The notes under the pieces were generated by a model. That model made no database searches. It was not told where the DNA came from and saw only the letters and a list, made by a program, of their open reading frames with translations. A stretch of 64,000 bases of DNA, taken from assembly GCA_043228905.1 (NCBI GenBank), contig JBHGNT010000008.1, forward strand, positions 3,658,001-3,722,000. Direction: 5' to 3'. The position numbers and the translations under genes were made by a program. This DNA comes from Azolla caroliniana (lineage: Eukaryota; Plantae; Polypodiophyta). Shown here piece after piece: positions 25,391 through 37,905 of this stretch. Positions within the stretch are counted from its first letter, which is position 1. Each line of letters begins with the position of its first letter.

Positions 25391-28300
25391 AGAGGTATTC
25401 AAAATAGAGATTGTCTTCAGAACTACTGAAATATCTCATTGTTATTACTGTGTTCGATTATCCGCAGTTCGGTTCACTGATCCTCTTCTATCTTGAAATT
25501 TATTCATTAGCTCATGGAATAGAATCTGGCATTCATTCCTGAATCCTCCATGTAAATTTGATTAATTTGTAATCTCATTTCATTTCATGTTGATCCTAAA
25601 CATGTTCATGAATTCTCTATGTAAAACATCATCCAATTCATTCATTATCCATATACATATATATGATTCATTGAATAATCTATCTTTGGGTTATAAGTTA
25701 ATATAACACAACTTGTATTGCATGTGCTAATCTTGCTAATATAAGATGAAAATTAAATGCCTTGTATTGCCATATAATCTTGTGAGTGCACTAATGGTCC
25801 TAAATCTTCAGTATTCTAGGACTTTATAATAGCCGGTCAATGGAGGAAACTTACATTTAGGTTAACGTTTAAACTTTTAATTCATTTTCAATTGATAATG
25901 GAGTTCCTCCATTGGCATAGATCATCACTACAACCATGATTGCGACTTTGATCTCGCAGAGACATGAAGTTAACTTGTAAGTGACAAACTATACATTGGA
26001 TGAATACACAAGCAAAGCAATCCATCTTTTACTGTGTAATGTTGTGATTCATTTTATGTGCGTCAATGTTTTGTATAAGGCTTGGTGCAATATAGTTCTT
26101 AGATCAATCATGTCTTTTGCAAAACAAGCATATACTAAACTAAAACACATATACCGTATTGAATGAGGAACTTCTCCTAAAGCGCATATGGTGGAATTTT
26201 TTACGTCAATCAGAAGTCATCGATTGTTAAGGTCCAATTCAAGAGTAATAGTTAATTCGTGTGGAATCTAGAGTAATTTCATGATTGTGTCAAACCTTGA
26301 AGTTGCAATACTCTTGATTCGTCGAGCACTCACCCACCATATAGGAGCTTTGGCAATTGAAGCAATTAAGCTTTGGCCATGGAGTGTGTTTTGAGTACAT
26401 GCCATCATCCACCAGCTCCATAAAGTGTGACACCACCTCTTCAGATATTTATACTCGTACTCATCTTTCCTTTTGTCTTCGGTGTAAGATTGGCGCCCCT
26501 TTTCTTCACTCAAGCCTAAGCATCAATGGAGGACCTAGGATGTAAGTATAAAATGAGAGTAGTTAATCTCATTGGCAAGAAAGGAGTATCTTTGTTGGAA
26601 TGTTGTTGAGACACAAATGGTGCCACCAAGCTCTTCCTAACAATAACTAACAATAACGGTCTAGTGGCTACTGATGTAGTGTTCAATTTGCTCATAAGAA
26701 TGCCCTTGCACCACAAAATTTGAGATCATCTTACTGATCTAGGTGGACTTGTAATCATTGACATTCCCTAATCTAAATGACAATTAAGGTGTTTGTTGCA
26801 TCTATACTACCAAGTTGGCCAATAACTAGATTTTGTAACACATTATATAGGTGTTATGGCTTCGAACAAGATGGAATGGAAGAATAGCATAAGAAAAGAA
26901 GAAAAAAAAACAAGAGGCCAATGTAATTATATTAACAAGAAGAACAATATTGCAAGAATACGTCAAAGAATGTCAATGAACCAATATGTGTCTTCAATGA
27001 CAACACTATCTTCTTATATAGGTAGCTTGTGTTTGGAAAATAAGGGAGTCTTATCTTGTAAGAATGTATAGAATTATTGTAAGAAAACTCTATTGAATAC
27101 TAAAAGTCAATCCAATCATCATTAATACTGATGACAACAAAGATATTGTCCCAATGTTTGATTTGACCATCAAGCTCTGGATGATAGTTTGAAGGGAGAT
27201 TACAAACAATTTGGAGGAGTCCATGCTACATATATTTCCAAAATCTAGAGATGAATTTCAGCCCTCAATCATTAAGAAGGTCACGTGGAAGACCATGATG
27301 CCTAAATACTTCATGCATATCTAGATCTTTTGTGTTTTGACTATTGATAATCTTTTTGCATGGGATGTTGTCTGTCATTGGGGAATGACATCCCCCAATC
27401 TCTTGGTTAGCCCATCAAAAGGAAGGCAGCCCCTCGAAACTTGGTAGTTACCCTTGGAATTGCAACACTCCAAGGTATGAGTCATGTTAATCCCTTTGAG
27501 AAAATGTGATTCAATAGCTTTGTTAGAGGACTAGATTCGTAGTTGTAATGTATGTTTTTAGTAAAAGAAACTTTGGTATTGACCATATGGTTGATTGTAA
27601 GCCTTACCAGTTTAAGACAATCAATGGAAACCTATCGCTTTAGATTTCATTATTGATCTTCCAACTTTCAAAGGTTTTTATGTTATTCTTACTCAATAGA
27701 GTATCAATTTATTAGGATGACATAAAGTGTAATTGAATGTGTGTGCCTAAATGTGCATAAGTGCAAGTAATCTATTTTATGTAGGGAGAGTACGTTTAAG
27801 TGTATGTGCACAATTATACATGTGTGTTTAAGTAAATATAAATGTGTAAAGTGTATGAATATGCTTCGAGTTTGTATTAAATTTTTGTGTATATGCGCTT
27901 GAAATGTGTATGTGTTTTTGTATGTGTATGGAAATAATTTATGATGTATATGTGAGTAGGTTTGAGAAGTGATGTAGGTGTAAATGTAAAAGTGTGTTTA
28001 TGTTGGTGAATATGTGTACAAGGAGGGTTATTTGGGGAAATGAAAAGAGTTTAGATTTGTGGGTAAGGCCATAATAATATTCTTTTTCCCTTTTGTGAAG
28101 TGTAAAAGAAGGATTGAAGGCTCGTGATGTAGATGTGATGTGGCGGATGATGTCAACTATTGGTCTGACGGTGTGTCGTGGCAGTAGACAACAACAATGT
28201 TAGCAATGAGTGTGGTGGCATAGCAGAGCTTGAGGAAGCTCCTCAACTCATGAGCTTTCCTTTTTATTTATTTATTTACTAAATTACAATTTTAAAATTT

Positions 28301-28633
28301 TAAGTCAATTTGCAAAATTGAGCCTCCCTCATTCGAGGAAAAATTAAATTATCGGAAAAACGAAATTGGCCTTGTTTCAGTGGACGGGATTTGTTTTCAT
28401 TGAGGATGATAAAGCAATACACACACCATCATATTAGGTTGTGTTTGACTATCTTAGGTATTGGGAGATGTGGTTTAATTGGACACTGAGAAATGGGTTC
28501 TTGTTTGATGGACTTCTTGGAGTAACACAATGACTCCTCCTCTGTGGGATAAAAGGGAAGTTGATTTGGCAATTTCCCCAAGATGAGGTAGAGTTACGTA
28601 ATCTAGTATTACAACACTTGAGAGGGTTCACCT

Positions 28634-28740
28634 TGTTGAGAATCAAGCTCAACCTAGTCTAGCGTGTGAACACACCTTTTGAGAATCTATGAGCACTCAA
28701 AGATCAAAAGTCACCACTACCTTCTACACATTAACTATGT
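28634..28740 (+). mobile_element. Degenerate LTR fragment related to the Copia-1/Copia-3 LTR
   Basis: tgttgagaatcaagctcaacctagtctagcgtgtgaac matches the LTR start at 30392 and 57665. Confidence 0.65.
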
Positions 28741-29706
28741 GTCAACAAGTTCACGTTCTGAAGTGGAAGGATCTCACACAATTGGAAGGATAAGGCATAG
28801 ATTTCAGGGTTTTTTTAACCTCCTCACAAAAAATGTGATACATGTAGCACATGTGCTCAAAAACTCAATGGAAAAGCTAAAAATCTCACCATGTCATAAA
28901 ATTGAAAATTCACACAATTAGGCAAATGTCACAAATTTACGCCATGTTTTTTACCGTCAAATTAGCAACTCATGTTTTTTTATAACAAACAATATTCACA
29001 ACGAGCGATTGATTTAAAAACAATTAAGCTTTATATCAATCAAATTCTTATAAGCTTATATTGTTAACCATTCATACCAAAAATACAATCAAGAGTTATT
29101 CCTATCATAAGAATCACTATTATAGAGCCTAGTATACAATGGTGACTCATCCTCCTCCTCCTCATCAAATGTACCAATCAAAGCATTGTCTTCATCTAAA
29201 AGCAAATGTTGTGACTCCAAATCATGTGTAGAAGATTTGGTCTGCCTTCGATCTGAGAAGCCTTGTAGACGAGACAATTTCTCTTTTATTATGTCTATTG
29301 TTGACTTCCTTAAATGTCCAACTTTTGTCAATGTAAAGTTGTACACAATGATATCCACCTCTTGCAAGTCAAGGGTTGATGTGTTACGAATATTTCTTTT
29401 CTACTTTCTATTTCCTCTTGACGTTGAGCATTCCATCATCTCCAATGTATACTTGCTTGTAAATGCATTCTTGCTTTTAGTGTTGTACTTGAATGCATCT
29501 TTGTAGACTTTATCTAATTTTGGTTTTTATGCATCACCACGTCCAATACTTTACCAATTCAAAATTAGTGCCCTAGGTCATTGTTATCCCCAAGTGTGGC
29601 AATTAACATCCCAACCTTTATTCCAACGGGCTTTTGCTACTTTTGTGATCCTTGGTCCCCATAAATGTCTCTTTGTTGTGGATGGCGCAAGTTGTCAAGA
29701 TCCACA

Positions 29707-30289
29707 TGTTAAGGATCTATGTATTGATGGAGTAAGCTCCTCGATGTCGTGGTGGGATTCGGACCGGCGTATACCCTCTTGATGGCGAATTGGGCGGAGA
29801 TGGTTGTCGGGCACCTCCGAGCCTCACACTCACTTAACAACTAATAGATGATTAGGCACAATATCTCCCTCACTCTCTCAAGCTCGCTCTCATAAACAAT
29901 GGGGTAATGAATGTAGACAACAAGATTAATGAATATATTTATTAACCCTCTTTGCTAAGAGGTCTAGCACCAACAAGGAAGAGAGATTAGTGTTCTCTAA
30001 CTGAACACTTCACTAATCTCTCTTAAGCTTAAGGGTTACAAGAAAGAGGAGAGGAAACTTCTAGCTCTTAATCACTTAGGAGATCCTTACAAATGGAGGA
30101 ACCTCCACAAAGCCACTACCATGTGGTTTATATAGCATTTACATTTAGGGTATGGACCTTTCACATTTCGATGTCCTTTAGCCCTTTTTCCTCTTGTCAT
30201 TCCCTCTATGTAGGTCCTTTAGCCATACTATGTCCTTGTTGATGCGCTCTTCTTCACGACTGGTCGTAGTGCTATCCAAGGGCTTAACA
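29707..30289 (-). mobile_element. Solo LTR
   Basis: TGTTAAG...CTTAACA inverted termini, 5-bp flanks CCACA/CCGCA (TSD with 1 mismatch), no internal domain. Confidence 0.65.
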
Positions 30290-31839
30290 CCGCATTAGGT
30301 GCATGAGGTGACGTTTGAGAGTTAGGCATGTGAACTTGTATGCACCATGTAAATGGTATTTGCAAGGGCCAAATATCGGTGAAGGAATTATTGTTGAGAA
30401 TCAAGCTCAACTTGGTCTAGTGTGTGAACTCACCTTGAGAATGAATAGACACTCCAACGGTCAAGAGTCACCATTATGTCACCACTTTGTATTCTAGCAT
30501 TTAGTATGAGTCACAGAATCATATTCTATGACACATAACTTATGAGCTTTCACATTCCCCATGCTCCATGAGTCTTGTAGTTAATGAAGAGAGAGGGTGA
30601 CTATATAAAGGACTCTCCTCTCACCTTGTATCATGTTGAGTCTTTCTCCTTTGTTAATATACTTTTACCTTGCGTATTCTCTGTGTCTTATTCCTTGTCT
30701 CTCTCACTCACTCTCTCTCTCTCTCTCTCATACACACACATAACTCATATATCTCTTCCGCTTCACAAGAATCCATCTCTTGATTCTTTACATGGTATCA
30801 GAGTGATTTGGTAGTTTGATCTAGCCCATTCGCCTCATCGTGATCGTGTGTTGTGCTCCACGCCGACGACCAAGAACCGGCTCATCGCTATCGTAGCTTC
30901 ACTACATAGCTCGCATTCGAAGAGAGAAGAAGAAGAAGAAGAATCAACATAATGAATACTCAAATGGGGAGCGCTCTCCCTACCGAGAAGTTGGATTGAA
31001 ACAACTTCGCATCTTGGGAGTACAAGATGCACCAATACCTTGTCGAACAAGGCTATTGGAGTTACATCAAAGGAGCGCACGAAGACTGGCCCATCGACAC
31101 GACTCCCGGATACGCGACATGGGAGCAAGCCGCAAGCTACAAGCCCCGTGATGTATTGTTTGGCGACATGTGTTCACGACCACATGCTCGGTTACATTCG
31201 AGAAGCCAAGACACCGAAGGAAGCGTGGGAAAATTTACGAAAGATTTTCGCCGCCAACATGACCGCGAGGAAGCTTCAACTCCGCCAAGAGTTGAACAAC
31301 ATTCAATAAAGGGACATATCCATCACGACATACACCTTGAAGATCAAGGAGCTTTGCGACTCGCTCGGCTCAATAAGCGTAAGTATCGATGATGATGAGA
31401 TGGTGCAAATATGCCTCGGCGGCCTCGCACGACGGTTCAACCCGATGCGAACCGCCGTTCTAGCAAGGGAGAAATCTCCCTCCTTCTTCGAGCTCCAATC
31501 AATGCTATTGGTCAAAGAAAATCACGTGCGTACAAGGAGCAATGAGTCGGAAGGTCACATGCTCTACACACACTCGAATGGAAGAAGAGGACACAGACGA
31601 GCGAGAGGCCGATTCGGCCAAGGACAAGGTGGATGAGGTCCGACCTATGACAACAACTCCCAATTTCGACCGCAAAACGGAAGCCAACGAGGAACCTTCG
31701 CAAGAAGGGGGAGCTTCCACTCCTGCCTGAGCTGTCAAAACACAACCGAATGCGGATATTGCGGAAAGCTCGGCCACCACGAAGGAGAGTGCCGAAAGAA
31801 GATGCGCGAAACGACTTCCACAAGCCGAGAACTCACGAA

Positions 31840-32018
31840 TTACGCACACAATTCCGACTACGAAGAGTATAGCGGAATGTACAGGCACAACTCTGACTAC
31901 GAAGATCGTGGCGGAATGTATGCACATAACTCCGACCGTGGCGAAATGTACGGGCACAACTCCGACTACAAAGATCGTGGCGGAATGTATGCACACAACT
32001 CCGACCGTGTCGGAATGT
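31840..32018 (+). repeat. Coding tandem repeat (39/30-nt units, YAHNSDYEDRGGM / YAHNSDRGEM) between gag and protease of Copia-1
   Basis: Visible in ORF 31802-32155; the same array is at 58940-59150. Confidence 0.85.
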
Positions 32019-32796
32019 TCATGATGAAACATAGAGCAAACTCTATGTCGGCCTCTACCTCAACTAGTGCCTCCGGTCCAGAAGACGTATGGTTCGTCGA
32101 TTCCGGTGCCTCGAAGCATATGACATCGCATCAAGAATGGTTCCGAGAACTTTGAGAGCCGGACTGACCCAGCTATGTCGAAACCGGAGACGACACTATG
32201 CACCCGATTCGGCACATCGGCAATGTTCCGTTTGGAAAAGAAGGTGATCGGATGTGTCGTGACTCTTGAGTAGGAAGCAGAGAGAGAGCGATGGCGATAG
32301 AGATAACGATAACGATAGAGATGGCGAGAGCGGTAGAGATAGCGATAGTGATAGCAAAAGAGAGTGAAAGAGGGAGAGAGTGCGAGAGAGAGAAAAGTAT
32401 AAGTGAGAGATAAGAAATGGGAATGCGATTATTATTATGAGAAAGAAGATTACAAGGAGTAGGCTAAGGGCTAAAGACTGGTGTTGAACCGAATGAGTTG
32501 TGATGAGTGTATGGACTCTTATTTATAGGCCCTTATGGAGTATTCTAGAATGTTCTAGAATATTTTAGATATTTATGAATAATAATAATAATAAATATAA
32601 TCATGAAATATTCAAGAACATTCTAGAATAATCTAGAATGTTCTAAATATCTCGTAATAACTAAACATATAATTATTATGGTTACATCTCACATATGTTA
32701 TTACAATGGTTAAAGTACAATATGTAAACCAAGAGGTTATGGGTTCGATTCCTGGTTCGCCAAGATGAATGTCATGATAAGCCAAGATGTATGTCT

Positions 32797-35700
32797 TCAT
32801 GACATTATCCCCCCTTTTCGATGACGAGTTGCACGAGTCGGAAGAAAAGAGTTCAGACTTGGTTTATGAGGATATTGGTTGTGAAATGCAACAACCATAT
32901 CGGAGGCATTGGCAAGATGTTCGGCAGGCTCCCATGTTCGATCATTAGGTGTATAGCCTAACCAATCAACCAAGTAGTATAGTTTGTTGCGAATGATCTT
33001 GGAGTCGAGGATAGCGGCAACCTCATATTCAGAGCCATTGGAAACGTCAATTGGAGGTGGGGGAGGTGTAACACGACCCGGAATAGAGCTCGTTGTGTAG
33101 GGCTCCAAAAGTGAAACATGGAAGACCGGGTGAAGACGCATATGAGGAGGAAGATCAAGACGAAATGTCACATCATTGATCTTACCACTTATGACATATG
33201 GGCCAAAACGTTGATAATCCAATTTGTAGCAAGGTCGGTTCGTTTTAATGCTACCTTGTAAAAGCCATACACGATCGCCTACTTGAAATGTAGTTGATGA
33301 ATCACGCCGATGACGGTCAACAATCTTCTTTTGAGTGTTTTGGGCTTCACATAAATGATGCAAAAGCATATCCTGAACTTCTTGGAGTCGAGTGAGCCGA
33401 TCTTCAGCAGCTGGGTTTTTTGGGAGTTCAGGATGTTCAAGCATCGTCCAACGAGGATGGTACCCAATGTTTGCAAAAAATGGGGAATATCCAGTAGAAG
33501 AATGCTCGGAGTTGTTATAAGCAAATTCTGCCAAAGGTAGTAAATCCACCCAATCATCTTGTTGATAGTTGACAAAACAACGTAGATATTGCTCGACTGT
33601 TTGGTTGGTGCGCTCACTCTGCCCATTAGTCTCTGGATGGTAGCCGGAAGAGAGTTTACAAGAAGTATGTAAGAGTTTGAACATGTGCCGCCAAAATTTC
33701 GAGATGAATTGGGGACCCCGATCACTGATAATATCATCCGGAAGACCATGATGGCGAAACACCTCCTGCATGAGTAAATCAACTGTCTCTTGACTAGTAA
33801 TGGTCTTTGTGCATGGAAGGAAATGTGCCATCTTCGTAAAACGATCGACAACCGTGAGAATCGAATCAAATCCCTTGGAAGGTGGAAGATCCGTAATAAA
33901 GTCCAAGGAAATAGATTTCCATGGGCTCTCCGGAATAGGCATTGGCTGTAATAAGCCATATGGATGACGTCGAGGCTTTTTTGATCGGCAACATGTATCA
34001 CAGCTACAAACATAATCCGTAACAAAATGGCGAAGCCGTGGCCACCAATATCGGCGAGAAATCAACTCAAAAGTCTTGTGGATGCCGAAGTGTCCTGCCA
34101 TTGGTGTGTCATGACATTGTTGCATGACTTTGAGTCGAGAAGGACCGTCAGGCACATACAAGAGAGTTTGTCGAAAAAGTAACCCATCATGCCAACTAAA
34201 CTGGGTGTAGTCTAGACGAGGATTTTGAGTTTGGGAGCTAGATGCACGATTTGGGATAATATGGCTCAAAACCTCTTGGGCGAACGCAACAGTCGCAATC
34301 TGCTCACGAATGGAATCAAGAAGCCTTGAATCTCCCGGTGTGTTGATGGTATGCATTGCCATTATTCGTAGACGATCAGGACCTAAGAGGATTTGCTTTT
34401 GGCTTTCAAATGCGGCCTCTCCAGGTTGAAGTTCCATATACGAACGTCTAGATAAAGCATCTGCTTTTCCTTGTTGCATCCCAGGGCGATATAGAATTAC
34501 AAAATCGAAACGAGTTAAGAACTGCGCCCAACGAGCTTGTCGTCGATTCAAGACTCGAGCACTTTGAAAGTATGTTAGATTTTTATGATCATTGTAGACA
34601 ATAATCTGCTGAGAAGAACCCTCCAGAAAATGACGCCATTGTTGAAAAGAATCCACAATGGCAAGAAGCTCTTTGTCGTGAATCTCATAGTTGATTTCTG
34701 CGGCTTCAAATTTTCGTGAGTGAAAAGCCACCGGGTGCAGTTCACCATCATCACCAATTTGGGATAGTACACTTCCGAGTGCGAAATCCGATGCATCAGC
34801 TTCAAGTATAAAGCGCCTCATTGGATCGACATGGATTAAGATTGGTGCGGATGTAAATGCTTGCTTTAAACCCTCAAATGCAGAGTTCGCATCTATACTC
34901 CATACAAATGATCGATTCTTGTGCGTCAGTTGAGTGAGGGGCAACACAATTTTTGAATAATCTTTGATGAACTTGCGATAAAAGTTTGCGAACCCCAAAA
35001 AACATTGCACATCTCGCACGGACTGTGGTGTTTGCCAATCCAAAATTGTTTGAACCTTTGATGGATCCATAGAGATGCCATTTGAAGAGACTATGTACCC
35101 CAAAAACTCCACTTGACATTGGTCGAAACTACACTTCTCCAATTTTGCATAGAGACCATACTCTCGTAGCCGTTGCAAAACTTGGCGAACATGTATATCA
35201 TGTTCTTCTTGAGTTTTTGAGTAGATCAAGATATCATCCAGGTAAACAATGATGAAGATATCGAGGAAGTCTCGAAAAATATCATTCGCCATATGTTGGA
35301 AGACTGCTGGTGCATTCGTGAGGCCAAAAGGCATCACTGTGTACTCAAAATGACCATAGCGAGTGCGGAACGCCGTCTTCCATTCATCCCCAGGACGAAT
35401 TCGAACAAGGTTGTAGGCACCTCGAAGATCTAACTTCGTGAAATACTTTGCTTCACTGAGGCGTTCTAGAAGGCTTGAGATCAATGGGAGAGCATATCGG
35501 TTTCTAACGGTCACTTTATTCAAGCCTCGATAATCCACGACCATACGAAGCGTACCATCTTTCTTCTTAACGAAAAAGATGGGTGCACCAGCAGGAGATT
35601 TTGAATGTTGGATAAAACCATTTGCCAAGTTCTCATTGATATATTCTCGAAGAACCTCTAACTCCGTGGGCGAAAGATTATAAATTGGTCCCCATGGAGG

Positions 35701-36441
35701 CTCTTTTCCTGGCTGCAAATCAATTGGGCAATCATATGGTCGATGCTCTGGTAGTCTATTAGCCTTCACCTTATCGAACACATCGGAGAATTCTATGTAC
35801 TTCTTTGGTAGTTGGACCCCCAATTCTTGTGAGCTAGATGAGGGAGTTGCTAAAACCGCAAATATCATCATGTCTTCCTTTCTTCCATCCTCTCGTAATT
35901 GATGTATAGAGATTGTTGAAATTGTGGGGGATCCTAGATCCTTAGTTGAAGCTTCAAGAGACTTGGATTGTACGGTGACCTCTTCAATAGTTCTTTTTCT
36001 CCAATCAATGGTTGGGTTATGTAACTCAAACCAAGGAAGACCAAGAACTAGAGAGTGCTCCGGACTACTAATGATGTTAAATGAGATGACACTAGCCAAA
36101 TTACCTAGGACTACACGAATTGGTTCAGACTCTTCGACTATATCTCTTGATGCTATAGGGCGACCATCGATGACTCCTACAACTACTGGGTTTGGGAGTT
36201 TTTTCAAGATGATGTTTTGAGTCAATGCAAACTCGCGATCCATGAAACAAGAATTGGCTCCGGAATCTAGGAGGGCAGAGGCTAGGGCGCGATGACCTGT
36301 AGATGTGCTAAGCTCGACTTGTGCAGAAAAAACTCTACTAACTTGATTTGATGAAATGGAACCACAACTAGGTACTGACTCTACATAACTAGGATGGTCC
36401 AACCAAATGGCTCCTATTTTGGCCGGACTTATTCGTTTAAC
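32797..36441 (-). CDS. pol: Chromovirus Pol (protease-RT-RNase H-integrase-chromodomain), in the -1 frame relative to gag
   Basis: ALLDSGA, YLDD, ADASD..ELLAI, HHCC plus DDE integrase, GPY motif and chromodomain EYEVAAILDS..YLVDWLGY..RTWEP. No ATG start is needed if expressed by frameshift. Confidence 0.94.
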   Translation of the reverse strand, partial: VKRISPAKIGAIWLDHPSYVESVPSCGSISSNQVSRVFSAQVELSTSTGHRALASALLDSGANSCFMDREFALTQNIILKKLPNPVVVGVIDGRPIASRDIVEESEPIRVVLGNLASVISFNIISSPEHSLVLGLPWFELHNPTIDWRKRTIEEVTVQSKSLEASTKDLGSPTISTISIHQLREDGRKEDMMIFAVLATPSSSSQELGVQLPKKYIEFSDVFDKVKANRLPEHRPYDCPIDLQPGKEPPWGPIYNLSPTELEVLREYINENLANGFIQHSKSPAGAPIFFVKKKDGTLRMVVDYRGLNKVTVRNRYALPLISSLLERLSEAKYFTKLDLRGAYNLVRIRPGDEWKTAFRTRYGHFEYTVMPFGLTNAPAVFQHMANDIFRDFLDIFIIVYLDDILIYSKTQEEHDIHVRQVLQRLREYGLYAKLEKCSFDQCQVEFLGYIVSSNGISMDPSKVQTILDWQTPQSVRDVQCFLGFANFYRKFIKDYSKIVLPLTQLTHKNRSFVWSIDANSAFEGLKQAFTSAPILIHVDPMRRFILEADASDFALGSVLSQIGDDGELHPVAFHSRKFEAAEINYEIHDKELLAIVDSFQQWRHFLEGSSQQIIVYNDHKNLTYFQSARVLNRRQARWAQFLTRFDFVILYRPGMQQGKADALSRRSYMELQPGEAAFESQKQILLGPDRLRIMAMHTINTPGDSRLLDSIREQIATVAFAQEVLSHIIPNRASSSQTQNPRLDYTQFSWHDGLLFRQTLLYVPDGPSRLKVMQQCHDTPMAGHFGIHKTFELISRRYWWPRLRHFVTDYVCSCDTCCRSKKPRRHPYGLLQPMPIPESPWKSISLDFITDLPPSKGFDSILTVVDRFTKMAHFLPCTKTITSQETVDLLMQEVFRHHGLPDDIISDRGPQFISKFWRHMFKLLHTSCKLSSGYHPETNGQSERTNQTVEQYLRCFVNYQQDDWVDLLPLAEFAYNNSEHSSTGYSPFFANIGYHPRWTMLEHPELPKNPAAEDRLTRLQEVQDMLLHHLCEAQNTQKKIVDRHRRDSSTTFQVGDRVWLLQGSIKTNRPCYKLDYQRFGPYVISGKINDVTFRLDLPPHMRLHPVFHVSLLEPYTTSSIPGRVTPPPPPIDVSNGSEYEVAAILDSKIIRNKLYYLVDWLGYTPNDRTWEPAEHLANASDMVVAFHNQYPHKPSLNSFLPTRATRHRKGGIMS
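36390..36441 (-). other. -1 programmed ribosomal frameshift signal (G UUA AAC + 6-nt spacer + H-type pseudoknot)
   Basis: Minus strand reads GTTAAAC gaataa GTCCGGCCAAA aTAGGAgcca TTTGGTTGGAC ca TCCTA: 11-bp stem 1 and 5-bp stem 2. Confidence 0.8.
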
Positions 36442-37556
36442 ACATCCTCTAATTGGCTCAAGACATCAAATCTATTCTCATGGCATGGGCTATTAGGCTT
36501 AGTACTTAAGTTATTAGAAGTGATAGTAGAACTTGATGTAGGGTTGTCATGTGCACTTACTTGGTAAACTTGACGCCTGGGTTTATGTGGACAATTCACA
36601 GCTATATGTCCTGGACCACCACAGTAGAGGCATAGGCGATGCGCCCGACGTCGTTGTTTCTCAGCATCTGATAAGGGCCCTCGACGTTGTGTCGACTCTA
36701 TTTCCATCGGAGTGGGACCATCCCTCGTAACGGGTCTAGAACCTTGTGGCGGTGTGGCGACTATAGAAGCGTATGTCTGTTCCGGTTGGCGGCGTAACAT
36801 TTGTTGACGTTCAGAACGTCGCTCAAATAGGCGATTATCACATCGCACAGCTCGGCTAATAGCTTCAATAAGAGACTTTGGATCTTCATGGAAAGTAAGA
36901 AGAAGATCTTTGACATCGTTACGCAAACCCTGACGGAATTGATCCATTAAGGCTGCCTCATCCCAAGGGATGTCGCATGCCAAGAGACGGAAATCTGCGG
37001 CATAAGCTGAAGCGGGACGATCTCCTTGTCGGAGTCTTCGAATCTTGTTTATTGCAGTCCTAGTGCTATCCGTATCTCCAAAACTAGCTTGAAACTCCTT
37101 AACGAATGCCTCGAAATCCTCTAGTAATGGTGATTTCTTCTCAAGAAGTGGTGCAAACCATGCTAACGCTGTACCGCTTAGCAAGGTTCCTATTAATCCC
37201 ACACGGGCAGCATCAGTTGGATACCGATTGGGATGTAACTGAATCACCAAACGAACTTGATTCAGGAAACCTCGAAAGAGAGATCTGGTACCATCAAACT
37301 TGGCAGGGAGGCTAATCTTTGGTTCCCTTGGGGAGTTTTGAACCCCCGCCGCTTGTTCTCGTAATGTTAATATAGTAGCCTCAAGTTGATGAACCCGTTG
37401 TGATAACTCCTCATATTGATGAGCTTTCTCAGTACTGACTTGTTGAAGATCCCCGAGTAGCCTTTGATTTTCTTGCTCTAATGCCACAAACTTAGTGGTG
37501 ATCATATCGAGCTCCGAAAGGACACGCATATACTCTTGCTTGCTGACCGACTCCAT
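36429..37556 (-). CDS. gag: Chromovirus Gag (coiled coil, capsid, CCHC zinc knuckle)
   Basis: 375-aa ORF with LPAKFDG, LRQG..ASAYAADF, PTPMEI and CLYCGGPGHIAVNC. Confidence 0.92.
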   Translation of the reverse strand: MESVSKQEYMRVLSELDMITTKFVALEQENQRLLGDLQQVSTEKAHQYEELSQRVHQLEATILTLREQAAGVQNSPREPKISLPAKFDGTRSLFRGFLNQVRLVIQLHPNRYPTDAARVGLIGTLLSGTALAWFAPLLEKKSPLLEDFEAFVKEFQASFGDTDSTRTAINKIRRLRQGDRPASAYAADFRLLACDIPWDEAALMDQFRQGLRNDVKDLLLTFHEDPKSLIEAISRAVRCDNRLFERRSERQQMLRRQPEQTYASIVATPPQGSRPVTRDGPTPMEIESTQRRGPLSDAEKQRRRAHRLCLYCGGPGHIAVNCPHKPRRQVYQVSAHDNPTSSSTITSNNLSTKPNSPCHENRFDVLSQLEDVLNE

Positions 37557-37627
37557 AACCGCGGGGGAAAAAGAAAGAAGGATAAAGAAGAAAGCTTGCT
37601 AGGGTTATTGGAGGAAGGGAAAAGAAT

Positions 37628-37638
37628 ATTCGGTTCAA
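37628..37638 (-). other. Self-priming primer-binding site (TTGAACCGAAT) complementary to the predicted transcript 5' end at 37870-37880
   Basis: Lies 2 nt from the 5' LTR end, does not start with TGG, and is a perfect 11-nt complement of ATTCGGTTCAA, which begins 33 nt after the TATA box. Confidence 0.85.
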
Positions 37639-37905
37639 ACTGTCGTGACTCTTGAGTAGGAAGCAGAGAGAGAGCGATGGCGATAGAGATAACGATAACG
37701 ATAGAGATGGCGAGAGCGGTAGAGATAGCGATAGTGATAGCAAAAGAGAGTGAAAGAGGGAGAGAGTGCGAGAGAGAGAAAAGTATAAGTGAGAGATAAG
37801 AAATGGGAATGCGATTATTATTATGAGAAAGAAGATTACAAGGAGTAGGCTAAGGGCTAAAGACTGGTGTTGAACCGAATGAGTTGTGATGAGTGTATGG
37901 ACTCT

